Assembly (NCBI GenBank): GCA_038087875.1
Contig: CM075998.1
Location: 6,140,001-6,204,000, forward strand
Reading direction: 5' to 3'
DNA length: 64,000 bases
DNA from: Malacoraja senta
Lineage: Eukaryota
The position numbers and the translations under genes are program-made. The notes under the pieces were generated by a model. It had not been told where the DNA came from, did no database searches, and saw nothing but the letters and a program-made list of their open reading frames with translations. Of this stretch, positions 38,301 to 51,364 are shown one piece after another. Positions within the stretch are counted from its first letter, which is position 1. Every line of letters begins with the position of its first letter.

Positions 38301-40324
38301 ATGCGGGTGTTTCAGCACAGGTCAGCGCAGGAGCGAGAGTGGCCCCAATGTGAGCGTGCTGTCCCTTTGCCTCTGCGCCCACCTCTCAATAATTCAATGA
38401 CGTCACATGTCCCCTCGGCAGTACACAAGTGTCGCCACGTTTTGCCACCGACAAAGTGACAGACGTTGACCGAACATCCCAGTTGGCGTACGTGACAGCG
38501 GTCCCCCTTCAACCAGCCCCCCCCCCCCCCCCCCACATCGTTCTCGACGGCCACGGGCCCGTTGTAACTCACAGTAACTCAGCTATTGGAAAAGCATTAA
38601 AAAAACGTATCCTCTCTGGTGCCTTCACAATGAACTTAAATCAGTAGGTTGGTGACACTTTATGTCTTTCCTTGTGAGCTGTCTGTTGTGTGATCAACGT
38701 GGGTTCTGGTGACATGCAAGTGAGGATGATAATACCAGCAAGATAGTGAGGGGCAGTTGTAGACCACTAGGCCCACTGCATTCATCATGGCCGCCCGTCT
38801 ACCACAGTGCCATTTCCCTGCACTGTTAATCCACATCCTGAAATACAATCAATATTCAGAAGTCTATTGGCCTCTTGTTTTGAATAAATTCAGATATGGA
38901 GACCCCACCGCGCTCCATGTAGAGAATCGCAAAGATTTCTACCCTTTCAGTGAAGAAAGGTTTCCTCATCACAGTCTGAAGCGGCCTGCCCTTCATTCCG
39001 AGACAGGCTACTGTTGCCATTAGACACCTCTTGCCTAGCTGAGACTGTTCTTGCGTTTGTGTTGGCATTCAACATGTGATTCAATACAATCTTTCACTCT
39101 ACGGGAGGCAGACTTGATCAGGGCATGTGTACAGTTCACGAGTTGCGGGCCAGTAGCATTCTATGAAAGAGGCACTGTGTTTGCTCGTCCGGGAGACTTC
39201 ACTCATCTTGCTTGGGATTCTTCTGCACTCTGGTTCTGTGAGAATTGGATCACCAGACAAGTTCAGTTATTGTTAAGTTGACTGCCTTGTATTACAGAGC
39301 TAGTGCCAAAGGGGAGTTAGTTTCTGAATTGACACAGTTTGCCAGCACCCTGCACAAGCCATAACCCATACTTGACACAATTAGCTATTAATGCAAAAGC
39401 TTTGAAGTGCCGGTTGGCCAATTGGCTGGTGGTGGCGGAACATCAGGGAAAGAGGGAGGGAGACGGGAGAAGAGGAACAGGAACACTGGGGGGGGGGGGG
39501 GGGGGAGGGAGGGGTCGGGGAGTAGATTTGAAGGTTTGAGGCCCGAGAGAAGGGAGACAGAGCATTGGGTGGGTGAACCCGGGGTGATGCCTCCAGCGCC
39601 TTCAAGGTCAGCTGCAGGAGGCGCTCCCGGGACACAAAGATGGGCAGGCGAGGAGAGGGACATCGGTTCACAGGAACTGCTCCAGTACATCGAGCATGCG
39701 GACTTTGAATGATGGCGGTGCCCGCATGTGTAATATATGCATGAAGAATTTCAGTGTGCAGTTGCCCATGTGACTAATAAATAAATCACCGTTGAACCAT
39801 TGAGAGGAAGATGTGCATTTGGGCATTGGGAAAAGGAGATGGCACGTCATGGGGGGAGGAGAGGGGAAGAATATGCAGTCCTTAATCTAGAGGGGGCCAG
39901 TGGAAAGCCATTGCTGCCTCATGGTACTACAGCAGATGCCCGACAACTTGCCTGGAGTTGACATTTTGCAAGGATGGTTTGCCAGGTGCTCGTTGCTATC
40001 TGGCCTGGGGTTTGCACTTGTTGAGGCGCGTGTCGAGTGCCAATCATTGCAGCCAGGACGCCTTGCCTCTTATCATTAACCCAGTGATGCACTTTAAAAA
40101 TCACCGGTATTGCAACAGTACAATTATCTCATGGCGAACACTGTGCCTGCAGACACAACAAGCTGGTGGAACTCAGCGGGACGGGCAGCATCTCTGGAGA
40201 GACCCTTCAAGGTCTCGACCCGAAACATCACCCATTTCTTCTCTCCAGAGATGCTGCCTGTTCCGCTGAGTTACTCCACCATTTTGTGTCCATCTTCGGT
40301 TTAAACCAGAAACTGCAGTTACAT

Positions 40325-40670
40325 AGATACACAGATACACAGGCAATAGGTGCAGGAGGAGGCCATTTGGCTCTTCAAGCCAGCACCGCCATTCAATGTG
40401 ATCATGGCTAATCATCCCCAATCAGTACCCCGTGCCTGCCTTCTCCCCATATCACTTGATTCCGCTAGCCCTAAGAGCTCTATCTAACTCTCTTTTGAAT
40501 GCATCCAGTGAATTGGCCTCCACTGCCTTCTGTGGCAGAGAATTCCACATATTCACAACTCTCTGGGTGAAAAAGTGTTTCCTCATTTCAGTTCTAAATG
40601 GCCGACCCCTTATTCTTAAACTGTGGCCGCTGGTTCTGGACTCCCCCAACATCGGAAACATTTTTCCTGC
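40325..40670 (-). mobile_element. CR1 LINE 3' end
   Basis: ORF 40452-40661 FFTQRVVNMWNSLP..FKRELD plus 3'UTR. Confidence 0.85.
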
Positions 40671-41057
40671 GGAACCTACCTCATTTTTTAAAGGAGAGGA
40701 GAATGATTGTTGATAAGGGTGAGGGGCTTTGGTTTACCCCTGTGGAAAATCTCCGTCACCTATGGAAACTTCGGTCATTTCTATCATTACATTGTGTGTA
40801 GATGAGGTAATGGAGCATTCGGGTCAGTTTCGTGTGGAGAGTTGGAAAAAATAAAAGGGTAAAAGGGGTATAATGAAAGCATTCTTAGTAGTCAGGGACA
40901 ACATCTCCCTGGGGCTTTGCACTGTCAGGGCAAAGAACCAATCTGCAAAGTAGACTGTATAAGGCAGGGAATGGTGCTTCAAGACATGGCCTAAACCTGT
41001 GGAGAGTTTTGATGTGACAGTTTCCTTTTGTAGACTATTCTCTGGCCTTTTTTTTTC

Positions 41058-41283
41058 AGTTTAGTTTAGTTTAGAGCTACAGCGTGGAAACAGGCCCTTC
41101 AACCCACCAAGTCCACGCCAACCAGCGACCCCCGCACACGAACACTATCCTGCACACACTAGGGACAATTTACACTTACACCAAGCCAATTAAACGACAG
41201 ACCTGCACGTCTTTGGAGTGTGGGAGGAAACCGGAGCACCCGGAGAAAACCCACGCGGGTCACGGGGAGAACGCACAAACTCC
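41058..41283 (-). mobile_element. tRNA-derived SINE, 5'-truncated
   Basis: (gttta)n tail plus family body. Confidence 0.8.
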
Positions 41284-42079
41284 TCTTGTTCTTTTTTTTC
41301 CCTTTAAAAAATAAAAAAAAAGTCCGGGTAGCCAAAAATAGGCTTGTATTCTCTTGAGTCAAAGAGAAACTCGTATTTGTATAACACCTTAACTGTTCCT
41401 TTCACGTTCCCCAATGAGGCTGAGGCTCAATCAAGTAATGTTGGCAGAGAGCAAATTATGGATATCAATCTCCCACAAGCCATGACATGATAATGACCAT
41501 ATCATAAGTTGCACACCATTTTTTAGGCCAGGACACTCTTGGAACTAGAAAGGAACAGCACAGGAATGGGCCCTTCGGCCCACAGTATCTGTGCCGAACA
41601 CGTTGCCAAGTTAAACTGATCTCATCTGCCTGTAGATGATCCATATCTCTCTATTACTGCACTTCCATCCTATCTAAAAGCCTCTTAAACGCCACTATCG
41701 TGTCTGCCTCCACCACCATCCTTGGCAGTGTGTTCCAGGCACCCACCACCCTCTGTGTAAATTACACTTCTAACTCTCGCCTTATAGCTGCGCCCTCTAG
41801 TGCTGGACATTTCAACCCTCTCTTGAAGTGCTGACATGGAACGTCCTGGATCCACCTGAGAAAGCTGGGAAGAGTGTCCTTCCATCCCATGGGAAAGACA
41901 TCTCCAGCAGGACAGCAGGAGTGTGTGTGTTGAACTCTCTGGAGTGCAACTCAATCCCAGAACCTTTTGATTCGGGTGAGAACGCCAGAGTCATGGCCGA
42001 TTTACTGTCAGATCATTTAATGGAGTAGTTGTTAAATGATATACAGCAACAAGTCATCTTGCAAACATAGATCAGAGTA

Positions 42080-42495
42080 CGGTCATACGTGATAAGGAGC
42101 AGAATTAGGCCATTCGGCCCATCAAGTCTACTCCGCCATTTAATCATGGCTGATCTATCTCTCCCTCCTAACCCCATTCTCCTGCCTTCTCCCCATAACC
42201 CCTGACACCCGTACTGATCAACAATCTATCTCTCTCTGCCATAAAAATATCCATTGACTTGGCCTCCCCAGCCTTCTGTGGCAATGAAGTTCCTCCTCAT
42301 CTCCTTCTTAAAGGAACATCCTTGATTTCTGAGGCTCTGATCTCTGGTCCTAGACTCTCCCACTAGTGGAAACATCCTCTCCACATCCACTCTATCCAGG
42401 CCTTTCACTATTCGTTAAGTTTCAATGAGTTTGCCCCGCATCCTTCTAAACTCCAGCGAGTACAGGCCCAGTGCCGACAAACGCTCATCATATGT
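42080..42495 (-). mobile_element. CR1 LINE 3' end
   Basis: YDERLSALGLYSLEFRRMRG..VDVERMFPLVGESRTR. Confidence 0.85.
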
Positions 42496-43256
42496 CAGGG
42501 ATTCACCACCAGTAAGGAGTGATATCTTTAGCCGTGGGTTGTTGTGAAATGGAATGGAAGCAGATTCGTCGGTAACTTTAACATGGGGCTTGCAGCAGAA
42601 GATTATTATACGTGCAGAACTGGACAAATTGCAAAGTCTTTTAATGGGCCGATTGGCCTCCTCCTGTGCTGCAGGCTTTTGTGAGGTTATTATTGAAGAA
42701 GGGGCTCGACCCGATACATCACCCATTCCTTTTCTTCAGACATGCTGCCTGACCCACTGAGTTACCTCAGCATTTTGTGTCTATCTTTGGTTTAAACCAG
42801 CATCTAGTTCCTTCTTACATATAGTTTGTTATTGGCATGTGTAGGGAGGTAGAGTGAAAAGCTTTTTAATTGGTTAGCTTAATTAGACAGCCCACCAACC
42901 TGGATTCTATGTGGGTTAAACAGAAAACAGACTACTATTTATTTTGTTGCGATATTGTTAAAAAGATGCCTTCCAACTCCAAGCCTGGCCTTCACTTCTT
43001 CCTCCCGGGTGACCAGTGCTGCTGATTGAAGATTCTTACCTAAGAACATTTCCAACTTACTGAACTTATGTTGAGTTTTTGCTTGGCTTCATGGGAGCAA
43101 AATTGTTCTCACGTTACATACACTCTTCATCACTATGGGTGTGGTTTCGACACAACAAGGAGCCTATCAAAGCTTTCTAATGTGTTTGAACAGATAATGC
43201 CCGGTGGGTCTGGCAGCATCTGCGGAGAGGAAAAGAGTCAACGTTTCCGAGTTAAC

Positions 43257-43582
43257 GGGCAGTCACGGTGGCGCGTACAGCGGTAGAGTTGCTGCCTTAC
43301 AGTGAATGCAGCGCCAGAGACCCGGGTTCCATCCCGACTACTGGTGCTGTCTGTACGGAGTTTGTACCTTCTCCCCGTGACCTGCGTGGGTTTTCTCCGA
43401 GATCTTCGGTTTCCTCCCACATTCCAAAGACGTACAGGTTTGTAGGTTAATTGGCTTGGTGTAAATGTAAAAACTGTCCCTAGTGGGTGTTGGATGGTGT
43501 TAATGTGCGGGGATCGCTGGTCGGCGCGGACCCGGTGGGCCGAGGGTCCTGTTTCCGTGCTGCATCTTTAAACTAAACTAAA
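43257..43582 (+). mobile_element. tRNA-derived SINE, full length
   Basis: gggcagtcacggtggcgc..ggtagagttgc..gggttccatccc (A/B boxes) to the (taaac)n tail. Confidence 0.85.
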
Positions 43583-43749
43583 ACAGATCACTGTCCATCA
43601 GAACTGAGATGTTAACTGTTTCTCACTTCACCAATGTTGCCTGATCTGCTGAGTGTTGCCAAAGTGGGCAGTTGTTTGTTTTTCACTTATGTGAGTGATT
43701 AGTTTAGTTTAGATTGGCTTAGATGGCTGGCCGGCGCGGACTGGGTGGG

Positions 43750-44030
43750 CCGAAACAGGCCCTTTGGCCCACCGAGTCCACACGGACCAGTGATCCACTG
43801 CACACAAACACTATCCCACACACACTGGGGACAATTGACGATTTTACAGAAGCCAATTAACTTACAAACCCACACGTCTTTGGAGTGTGGGAGGAAACCG
43901 GAGCACCCGGAGAAAACCCAGGCAGGTTATGTGGAGAACGTACAAACTCCGTACAGACAGCACCCATAGTCGTGATGGAACCCGGGTCTCTGGTGCTGTG
44001 AGACAGCAACTTTACCGCTGCCCCACCGTG
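43750..44030 (-). mobile_element. tRNA-derived SINE
   Basis: Same family, inverted relative to the 43257 copy. Confidence 0.8.
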
Positions 44031-44104
44031 ACGCCTGATGTGCCTACTCTTTCTGTCCTCTGGGTTGGTCAGCCTCTGAACAGAGAAAGACATCTCTATA
44101 TGCA

Positions 44105-44420
44105 AGGTACACAAAAATGCTGGAGAAACTCAGCGGGTGCAGCAGCATCTATGGAGCGAAGGAAATAGGTAACGTTTCGGGCCGAAACCCTTCTTCAGAC
44201 TGATAGGGGGTGGGGAGAAGAAAGGAAAAAAGGAAAAGGCGGAGGAGGAGCCCGAGGGCTAGGGGAGGGGAGGAGACAACCAGATGGCTGATGAAGGGGA
44301 GGGGACAGCAAGGGCTAGCAGAATTGGGAGAATTCAACGTTCAGGCCCCCAGGATGTAGACTGCCCAAGCGGAATATGAGGTGCATTTCCTCCAATTTAC
44401 GGTGTTGCTCGCTGTGGCCA
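44105..44420 (-). mobile_element. Penelope-like 3' end with hammerhead motif
   Basis: Minus strand ctgaagaagggtttcggcccgaaacgtt at about 44171-44198; upstream matches the GIY-YIG C-terminal end. Confidence 0.8.
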
Positions 44421-45824
44421 ATGCAATGCAATATTTGTTGTCAACAATTTTTCGCCCGTGCATTTGTGATTAATTATGCAGATGAGCTGCCAAGCACGGT
44501 GAAAACAATGGCCGCGCCCAAAATACAGAGCATGCTCACAACAAAATAGACGGATAAAAGAAATACAAAGTTCTTAAAAGGAAATGTGCTTGCATAGCCA
44601 AATAATACATAATCTGAAAATGCATCTGTTCTTGTTCTAACAAAAGCAAATAATGACTGTAGACCGACCGAAGCATCGGGTTTTCTGGAGGTGGGATGTT
44701 CACTTCTGGGGCAAGAGTTGAACTCTTGTTTGAATGTTTTTGATATGATGCTACTTGCTCGCATACTGACTGCAGGGAGTTGCCTTGCCACCAGCGCAGC
44801 TGCTGTTCGGTGACATTGGAGCCCTGCAGTTGGCATCAGTGGGCAGTGCGGGACCCGCCAGCCCGTCCTGTGTGGTAGGGGTGGGCAGCGTGTGGGCCCA
44901 AGTCGGTGGGAGTTCCCGGCCCTTGGAAAATGGCTGTGTTTCTTCCACGATGTCCTTCTCCAAGCTATTGTGCTGCGTGATTTACAGCAGCCTCTGCAGC
45001 TTTCTGGCTGCCTGCACGGAGGAAGTGGGTTTGGCATTTTTTCGTTTTGTTCAAAATAGATTCCAATTTGAATTGGATGCTTATCAGCCAATTCAGTAAA
45101 AGTGCTGTGTGTGTTAAATTCAGTTTGGATGCTCGGAAAGGAGCTTGCATTTGAAACGGGGCACTTCAGAAGCCAACCATCTGGAAGGCGACACAGTGGA
45201 ACGGTTCAGCCAACTATTTGTATCAAGAATGAAGACCTTTGAAGTTGCCTTGCAGTATGTAGCAGGCACCTCTACACTCAACCTCCCTGCTTCTGCTCTT
45301 GGCCCCAACCTTGTATCAAGGTCATGGTGACATTAAAGATAGACACACAACGCTGGAGTAACTCAGCGGGACAGGCAACATCTCTGGAGAGAAGGAATGG
45401 GTGACGTTTCGGGTCGAGACCGTTCCTCAGATACTACGTGGCCCGTTCGATCTAGTGCGTGAGCTCTCTGCATAGGATACAGCACTGAGCTACAAGAGCA
45501 GGCTAGAGACTGGGTATCTTGTGGCAACTGACCTGATGCCCCAATGCCTTTCCACTTGACTTGGGGCACAAGTCCACTGTGATGGGACCCTCCACGTGCA
45601 GCAAAACAACAGAGCTGTGCGAGGTGGTCACAGCCAGTGGCTCACCTTTCGTGGCAAATCATCCATTTCAAGGCAAAGGATGTGTTCAGCCATGATGGGA
45701 AGCGATGGGGCTTCTCTGGTGCTGTCACTGCACCAGGCAGCCTTGGGCAATAACACTATCTTAGTGGAAGGATACTTGCAAGAACTGAGTCCATAATGCC
45801 GGATAACCTTGATAACTTGTAGTA

Positions 45825-46115
45825 GTTTAGTTTAGTTTAGAGATACAGCATGGAAACAGGCCCTTCGGCCCATTGCGTCCGTGCCGAACAGCGACCTCCG
45901 CACACTAACACTATTCTACACACTAGGGACAATTTACTATTTTACCGAAGCCAATTAACCTACAAACCTGCACGTCTTTGGTGTGTGGGAGGAAACCAGA
46001 GATCCTGGAGAAAACCCACGCAGGTCACGGGGAGAAGGTACAAACTCCGTACAGACAGCACCCGTAGAGGCAGGATCAGGATCTGTGAGGCAGCAACTCT
46101 ACTGCTGTGCCACCA
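45825..46115 (-). mobile_element. tRNA-derived SINE
   Basis: Same family consensus with (gttta)n tail. Confidence 0.8.
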
Positions 46116-46501
46116 TGCTGTCCTAAAACCCAGACACGGCTGTCAGTTGAGAGTAACTGCCTTCAATAAAGAATGTTCTGATTCTGCTTTGATCCCCTAA
46201 ACTTGCAGCAACATAAAGAAACCCTCAGGTGTTACACGTCTTTGAATGCAAATTCTGCTTTGTCACTCCATGCAGGAAACGAGCTGTTGGTGTTATGAGC
46301 CCAACATTGAGAGCCGGCTTTACTGTTGACAACGTTGAAGACCCCTCATGTTACATAAGGCTCAAACATCATCAGTTACCATTATCCCAAACCGCCCTGG
46401 CACCGTGATGTACATTCCTGGTCAACTCAGCTGCTCATATGTGTAGGAAGGAACTGCAGATGCTGGCTTACTCCAAAGATAGACACAAAATGCTGGAGTC
46501 T

Positions 46502-46824
46502 TGGGCCTGTCCCACGTAGGTGATTTTTTAGGCAACTACAGGCGACTATTTGTCGCCACATGTCTCCGTGGTTGCCGGGAGTCGTCTCCTCAGTCGCGCA
46601 AAACATCGTAGCGTCTTTCTACTCACCGCTAAATTTTCAACATGTTGAATAATTTTCGCCGACAGTGGGTTTGACGCCAATGAGCGTAGCTTGACCTCTC
46701 CTGACGTCGGTGCTGTGGTAGGTTGTCACCAGGATTACGTAGGTTGTCACCGGTTTTTCGGCAACCTGCTACGACTATCAGTCGCCGGCAGTTGCCTAAA
46801 AAATCGCCAAGTGGGACAGGCCCA
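46502..46824. mobile_element. MITE (PIF/Harbinger-like) inserted in a Penelope fold-back element (46441-46982)
   Basis: TIRs tgggcctgtcccac..gg(t/c)gattttttaggcaact / agttgcctaaaaaatcgcc..gtgggacaggccca; right flank TAA; interrupts tgctggag|taactc. Confidence 0.8.
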
Positions 46825-47419
46825 TAACTCAATGGATCAGGCAGCATCTCTGGAGAAAAGGAATAGGCAATGTTTCGGGTTAGGGTCTGAAGAAGGGTCT
46901 CGATCCAAAACGTCACCTATCCATGTTCTCGAGAAATGCTTCCTCACCCGCTCAGTTACTCCAGCATTTTATGTCTATCTTCAGCTGCTCATATAATGGC
47001 CACACCTGACGAACAACCAAGAGGCCTGCCATACAGACCCCGGGGAATCAAATACAAATCTCATGATCCTAGGTAATGAGTGATTCCATTCCTAAACCAA
47101 GGTGGCCTGAAGCAAGCAAGCCATCCAGTTCTTCCAGGCTGACTCAGGATGGGCAGTAGATGCCCGCCTTGCCAATATGTGTCCAGCGACATCCTTTGAA
47201 ACAAAGTTCAGTCCTTCTCTAAGACTGCGTGCTGCTGTCTTTGAAACATAGGCTGCTGCTTCCGACTCGTCAGGTATGGTTAGCCTCGCCTGTGAAGTAC
47301 AAGCTATCCAAACTGTACGGACTTTGATATCGGCCACACTTACATCAACGCCATCAATGGCGACCTATCTGATGGGCGGTCAAGACGTCAGGATTCTGGC
47401 CCTTGCTCTTCCTGTGCAG

Positions 47420-47755
47420 GGAGGAACTGCAGATGCTAGTTTAAACCGAAGATAGACACAGAATGCTGGAGTAACTCAGCGGGACAGGCAGCATCTCTGG
47501 AGAGAAGGAATGGGTGACGTTTCGGGTCGAGACCCTTCTTCAGACTGAGAGTCACGGGAAAGGGAGACATCGAATTAAAGAAGGGTAAGGTGTGAAAATG
47601 AGACATCTTATCACCTTACCCTTCCTTATCTCTGTGTCTCCCTCTCCCCTGACTCTCAGTCTGAAGAAGGGTCTCGACCCGAAACGTCACCCACTCCTTC
47701 TCTCCAGAGATGCTGCCTGTCCCGCTGAGTTACCCCAGCATTCTGTGTCTATCTT
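47420..47755. mobile_element. Fold-back Penelope element with hammerhead motifs on both strands
   Basis: Long inverted arms; + strand ctgaagaagggtctcgacccgaaacgtc at 47661-47688; - strand copy at about 47516-47543. Confidence 0.85.
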
Positions 47756-47996
47756 TGCTCTTCCTTCAATGCTTTGTTAGATGAGAGGGAGAAAACATTC
47801 CCTTCATGATGCCTGGTCTACAATCTACAGTCTACAGTATCTACACTCATGCAGCATGGAAGCAGGGCCTGCAGGTGAACAATATCAAGCACCCATTCAC
47901 ATCCATCTCAATCTATATTCCCCACATTGCCACCAACTCCGCCAGATCCAACCATCCACGTAAGGTGCACCTTCCACACAGACAGTGTACAAATTG

Positions 47997-48555
47997 CATA
48001 CAGTTTTGGTCTCCAAATCTGAGGAAGGACATTATAGCCATAGAGGGAGTGCAGAGAAGGTTCACCAGACTGATTCCTGGGATGTCAGGACTTTCATATG
48101 AAGAAAGACTGGATAGACTCGGCTTGTACTCGCTAGAATTTAGAAGATTGAGGGGGGATCTTATAGAAACTTACAAAATTCTTATGGGGGTGGACAGGCT
48201 AGATGCAGGAAGATTGTTCCCGATGTTGGGGAAGTCCAGGACAAGGGGTCACAGCTTAAGGATAAGGGGGAAATCCTTTAAGACCGAGATGAGGAAAAAC
48301 TTTTTCACACAGAGAGTGGTGAATCTCTGGAACTCTCTGCCACAGAGGGTAGTTGGGGCCAGTTCATTGGCTATATTTAAGAGGGAGTTAGATGTGGCCC
48401 TTGTGGCTAAGGGGATCAGGGGGTATGGAGAGAAGGCCGGTACGGGATACTGAGTTGGATGATCAGCCATGATCATATTGAATGGCGGTGCAGGCTCGAA
48501 GGGCCGAATGGCCTACTCCTGCACCTATTTTCTATGTATCCATGTATCTATGTAC
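47997..48555 (+). mobile_element. CR1/HER1 LINE 3' end (open frame to stop at 48453)
   Basis: QFWSPNLRKDIIAIEGVQRRFTRLIPG...FKRELD; 3'UTR hairpin; tatgtatc-type tail. Confidence 0.92.
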
Positions 48556-48997
48556 GAGGTTTAGGATCAAAGCTCTGTCACTGTAGCTGTGAACAGCAGA
48601 GCTACTGTCTTGAGCACCCACCCTAAACATTGTGTGACTTCACCATTCCATCCCAGCCTGGTCATTCAGAAGAGTAAGTTGCCCACTTGCTTCCTCTGTG
48701 GATGCCATGTTGGTTGTTGACTGAGCAATGGGGCGCTTGGGATTTTGATGGAGGATGCGTCCGATTCTCCGCTGGCCGCTGTCTAGCAGCATGCGGGCAC
48801 CTGACAATGCTCTGCAGTGCAGCAGCTCTCCAGGGGGAGGCACTCCTTCAATTCAGGCTCCTCCAATACCCATTGAGTTGAATTGTTCCACTGTTTGCAA
48901 TGATGCGTTCAGCTGCTGAGGCAGTGAGGTCAGCAATCTCCCTCTCCTTCTCTTTCTCCTTCTCTTCATCCCTCTCTCATTTTATCTCTCCTTTTCA

Positions 48998-49505
48998 TAG
49001 AGTCATAGAGTGATACAACCTGGAAACAGGCCCTTCAGCCCAACTTGCCCACACCGGCCAACATGTCCCAGCTACACGAGGCATAAAGTGATACAGTGTG
49101 GAAACAGGCCCTTAGGCCCAACTTGCCCACACCGGCCAACATGTCCCAGCTACACTAGTCACAGAGTGATACAGTGTGTAAACAGGCCCTTCGGCCCAAC
49201 TTGCCCACACTGGCCAACATGTCCCAGCTACACTAGTCATAGAGTGACACAGTGTGTAAACAGGCCCTTCGGCCCAACTTGCCCACACTGGCCAACATGT
49301 CCCATCTACACGAGGCATAGAGTGACACAGTGTGTAAACAGGCCCTTCGGCCCAACTTGCCCACACTGGCCAACATGTCCCAGCTACACTAGTCATAGAG
49401 TGATACAGTGTGGAAACAGGCCCTTCAGCCCAACTTGCCCACACCAGCCCAACATGTCCCAGCTACACTAGTCCCACCTTGGTCCAAATCCCTCCAAACC
49501 TGTCC
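48998..49505 (-). repeat. 78-bp tandem array (~6 units) of a CR1 3' terminus
   Basis: Unit catagagtgatacagtgtg(g/t)aaacaggcccttcggcccaacttgcccacac...cagctacactagt. Confidence 0.9.
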
Positions 49506-49509
49506 TATC

Positions 49510-49685
49510 ACTTTATCTCATTTTTATCCACTTTCTCTCTATCTCTTAATCTCTCGCTGTTTATCTGTCTCTCTCTATCGCTACCTTTCTCTCTGTATCG
49601 CTCTCTCTTTCACTCTCTCTCTCTATCTCTCTTTCTTTATCTCAAAGATCTTTATATCTCTCTTTCTTTCTCTTTTTTCTCTTTA

Positions 49686-49729
<44 letters not shown>

Positions 49730-49737
49730 TCACTCCA

Positions 49738-49772
<35 letters not shown>

Positions 49773-49800
49773 TTCCTTTGTCCCTCTCTCTTTCCATTTG
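49510..49800. repeat. (CT)n-rich microsatellite
   Basis: Direct observation. Confidence 0.85.
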
Positions 49801-51364
49801 CCTTTCTCCTTCTCGTTGCTCCCTCCCCCAAGATTGCGTGTGTGTGTTGGCACTGGCCATGTAGAGGAGCTGTTAACGGGGCTATCCCATGGGAACTTGT
49901 GGAGGTTAAATCATACCCCCTTGGGAAAAGCTATGAATATTTGGTTCAAAAGAGAAATGACATCACCGTTTGACAAGACTGACACTTTCCAGAATCAGCA
50001 CCAAATCCCGCCTTTCTCCCTCGTGTAATGGGGCACAGAGGGGTTGTGTGTGGGCTTGCTGGTGCTGGGTCAGTTAACCAAACATTGAAGTGAAGAGGAC
50101 AAGCATTCATCCCTGGAGTATGTGGGGCTGAGTTGGTCTGTTGAAGGTAGGGCTGGGTTTGGAGTTCTTCAGCTGGCCCATGTTTCATAAGGGGAAAGTT
50201 CTGCCTGCGTCCGATGCCCCTGGTTATTGGCCTTTCCTACACAAGGCCATTGATAAAGGACGAGTCCAAGTGGGATATGATGGCTGATCACTGTCGGAAT
50301 TGTCCATTGATCATTGTAGCAAGAGCAGCAGTGAAACTGTACCTTGTGAGGATGCCGAGATGGGGGGCAAAGTGTAAAACAAGCCATATCTTAAACCGTC
50401 TCCCCCACCTGGTTTGCCAGGTGAGGAGGGGGCTGTGGACCCCCAGCAGGACCAAAAACAAGACCTGTCAAAGGGCGGATGGGCTCCTACTGAGCCAACG
50501 GCCATCCACACTTCAGTAGATCACTGTCGTACATAGCGTTGTGAAGAAAGACTTGCCTGCCTCTGTGCTCTATGGTAGAGATACAGCATAGAAACAGACC
50601 TTTCAGCCCACGAGTCCACGCCGACCACTGTTCACACCGTTCATCCCACTACATGGGGCCATTTGCAGAGGGCCAATTAACCTACAAACTCCCACGTCTG
50701 TGGGATGTGGGAGGAAACCGGAGCACCCGGAGAACGTGCAAACTCCACACACGGGTAGCACCCGAGGTCAGGATCGAACCCAGGTCTCCAGCGCAGTGAG
50801 GCAGCCGCTGCGCCACTGTGCCAGTCCTCAGGGGTGAGAGCGCCAATTTGTGCCATTGCCTCTCAACTGGTTGGATGCTGTAAAAAATGGCACTGCCTAT
50901 CAATCCATTTGTTCCCCTCTGTCCAAGAAAATGCTCTGGTTTTCAGACTGATTAAAAGATCCCAGGGACCTCAGTCAGCAGAAGCCTTTCCTTCTTCACG
51001 GGCAAATCATTTTAGAGAGCTGGATATGCTGTGATACTAATTATCAGCCTGCGTGCAACTTGCACCCAGTTTGTGGCTCGGAGCCTGTAGTTATGTTTAA
51101 AAGCAAGATGGAGCAGCTTATTTAGCAGAGGGAGTTTTCACTGTCTGTGGCACCAGTTGTGTGTGGGAGACTAAACAAGAGCCCTTGGGCTGGCCAACCA
51201 AAGACTTCCAGGCACCCCCTGCCCGACAGAGAGACACCCTTGCCCGAAATTAGATTCCATAACGGACCTCTGGGCGGAATGACTGATCGACAAACTCCAC
51301 ACGGAGGTTGGGTTCAAACCCGGGTTGCTGGAGCTGTGAGGCCCTGTAGTCTGAGCGGCAAATT

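Noticed and set aside
47806..48453. 215-aa ORF as a host gene
   Set aside because: The C-terminal ~150 aa are CR1 ORF2; the N-terminus is unrelated flank
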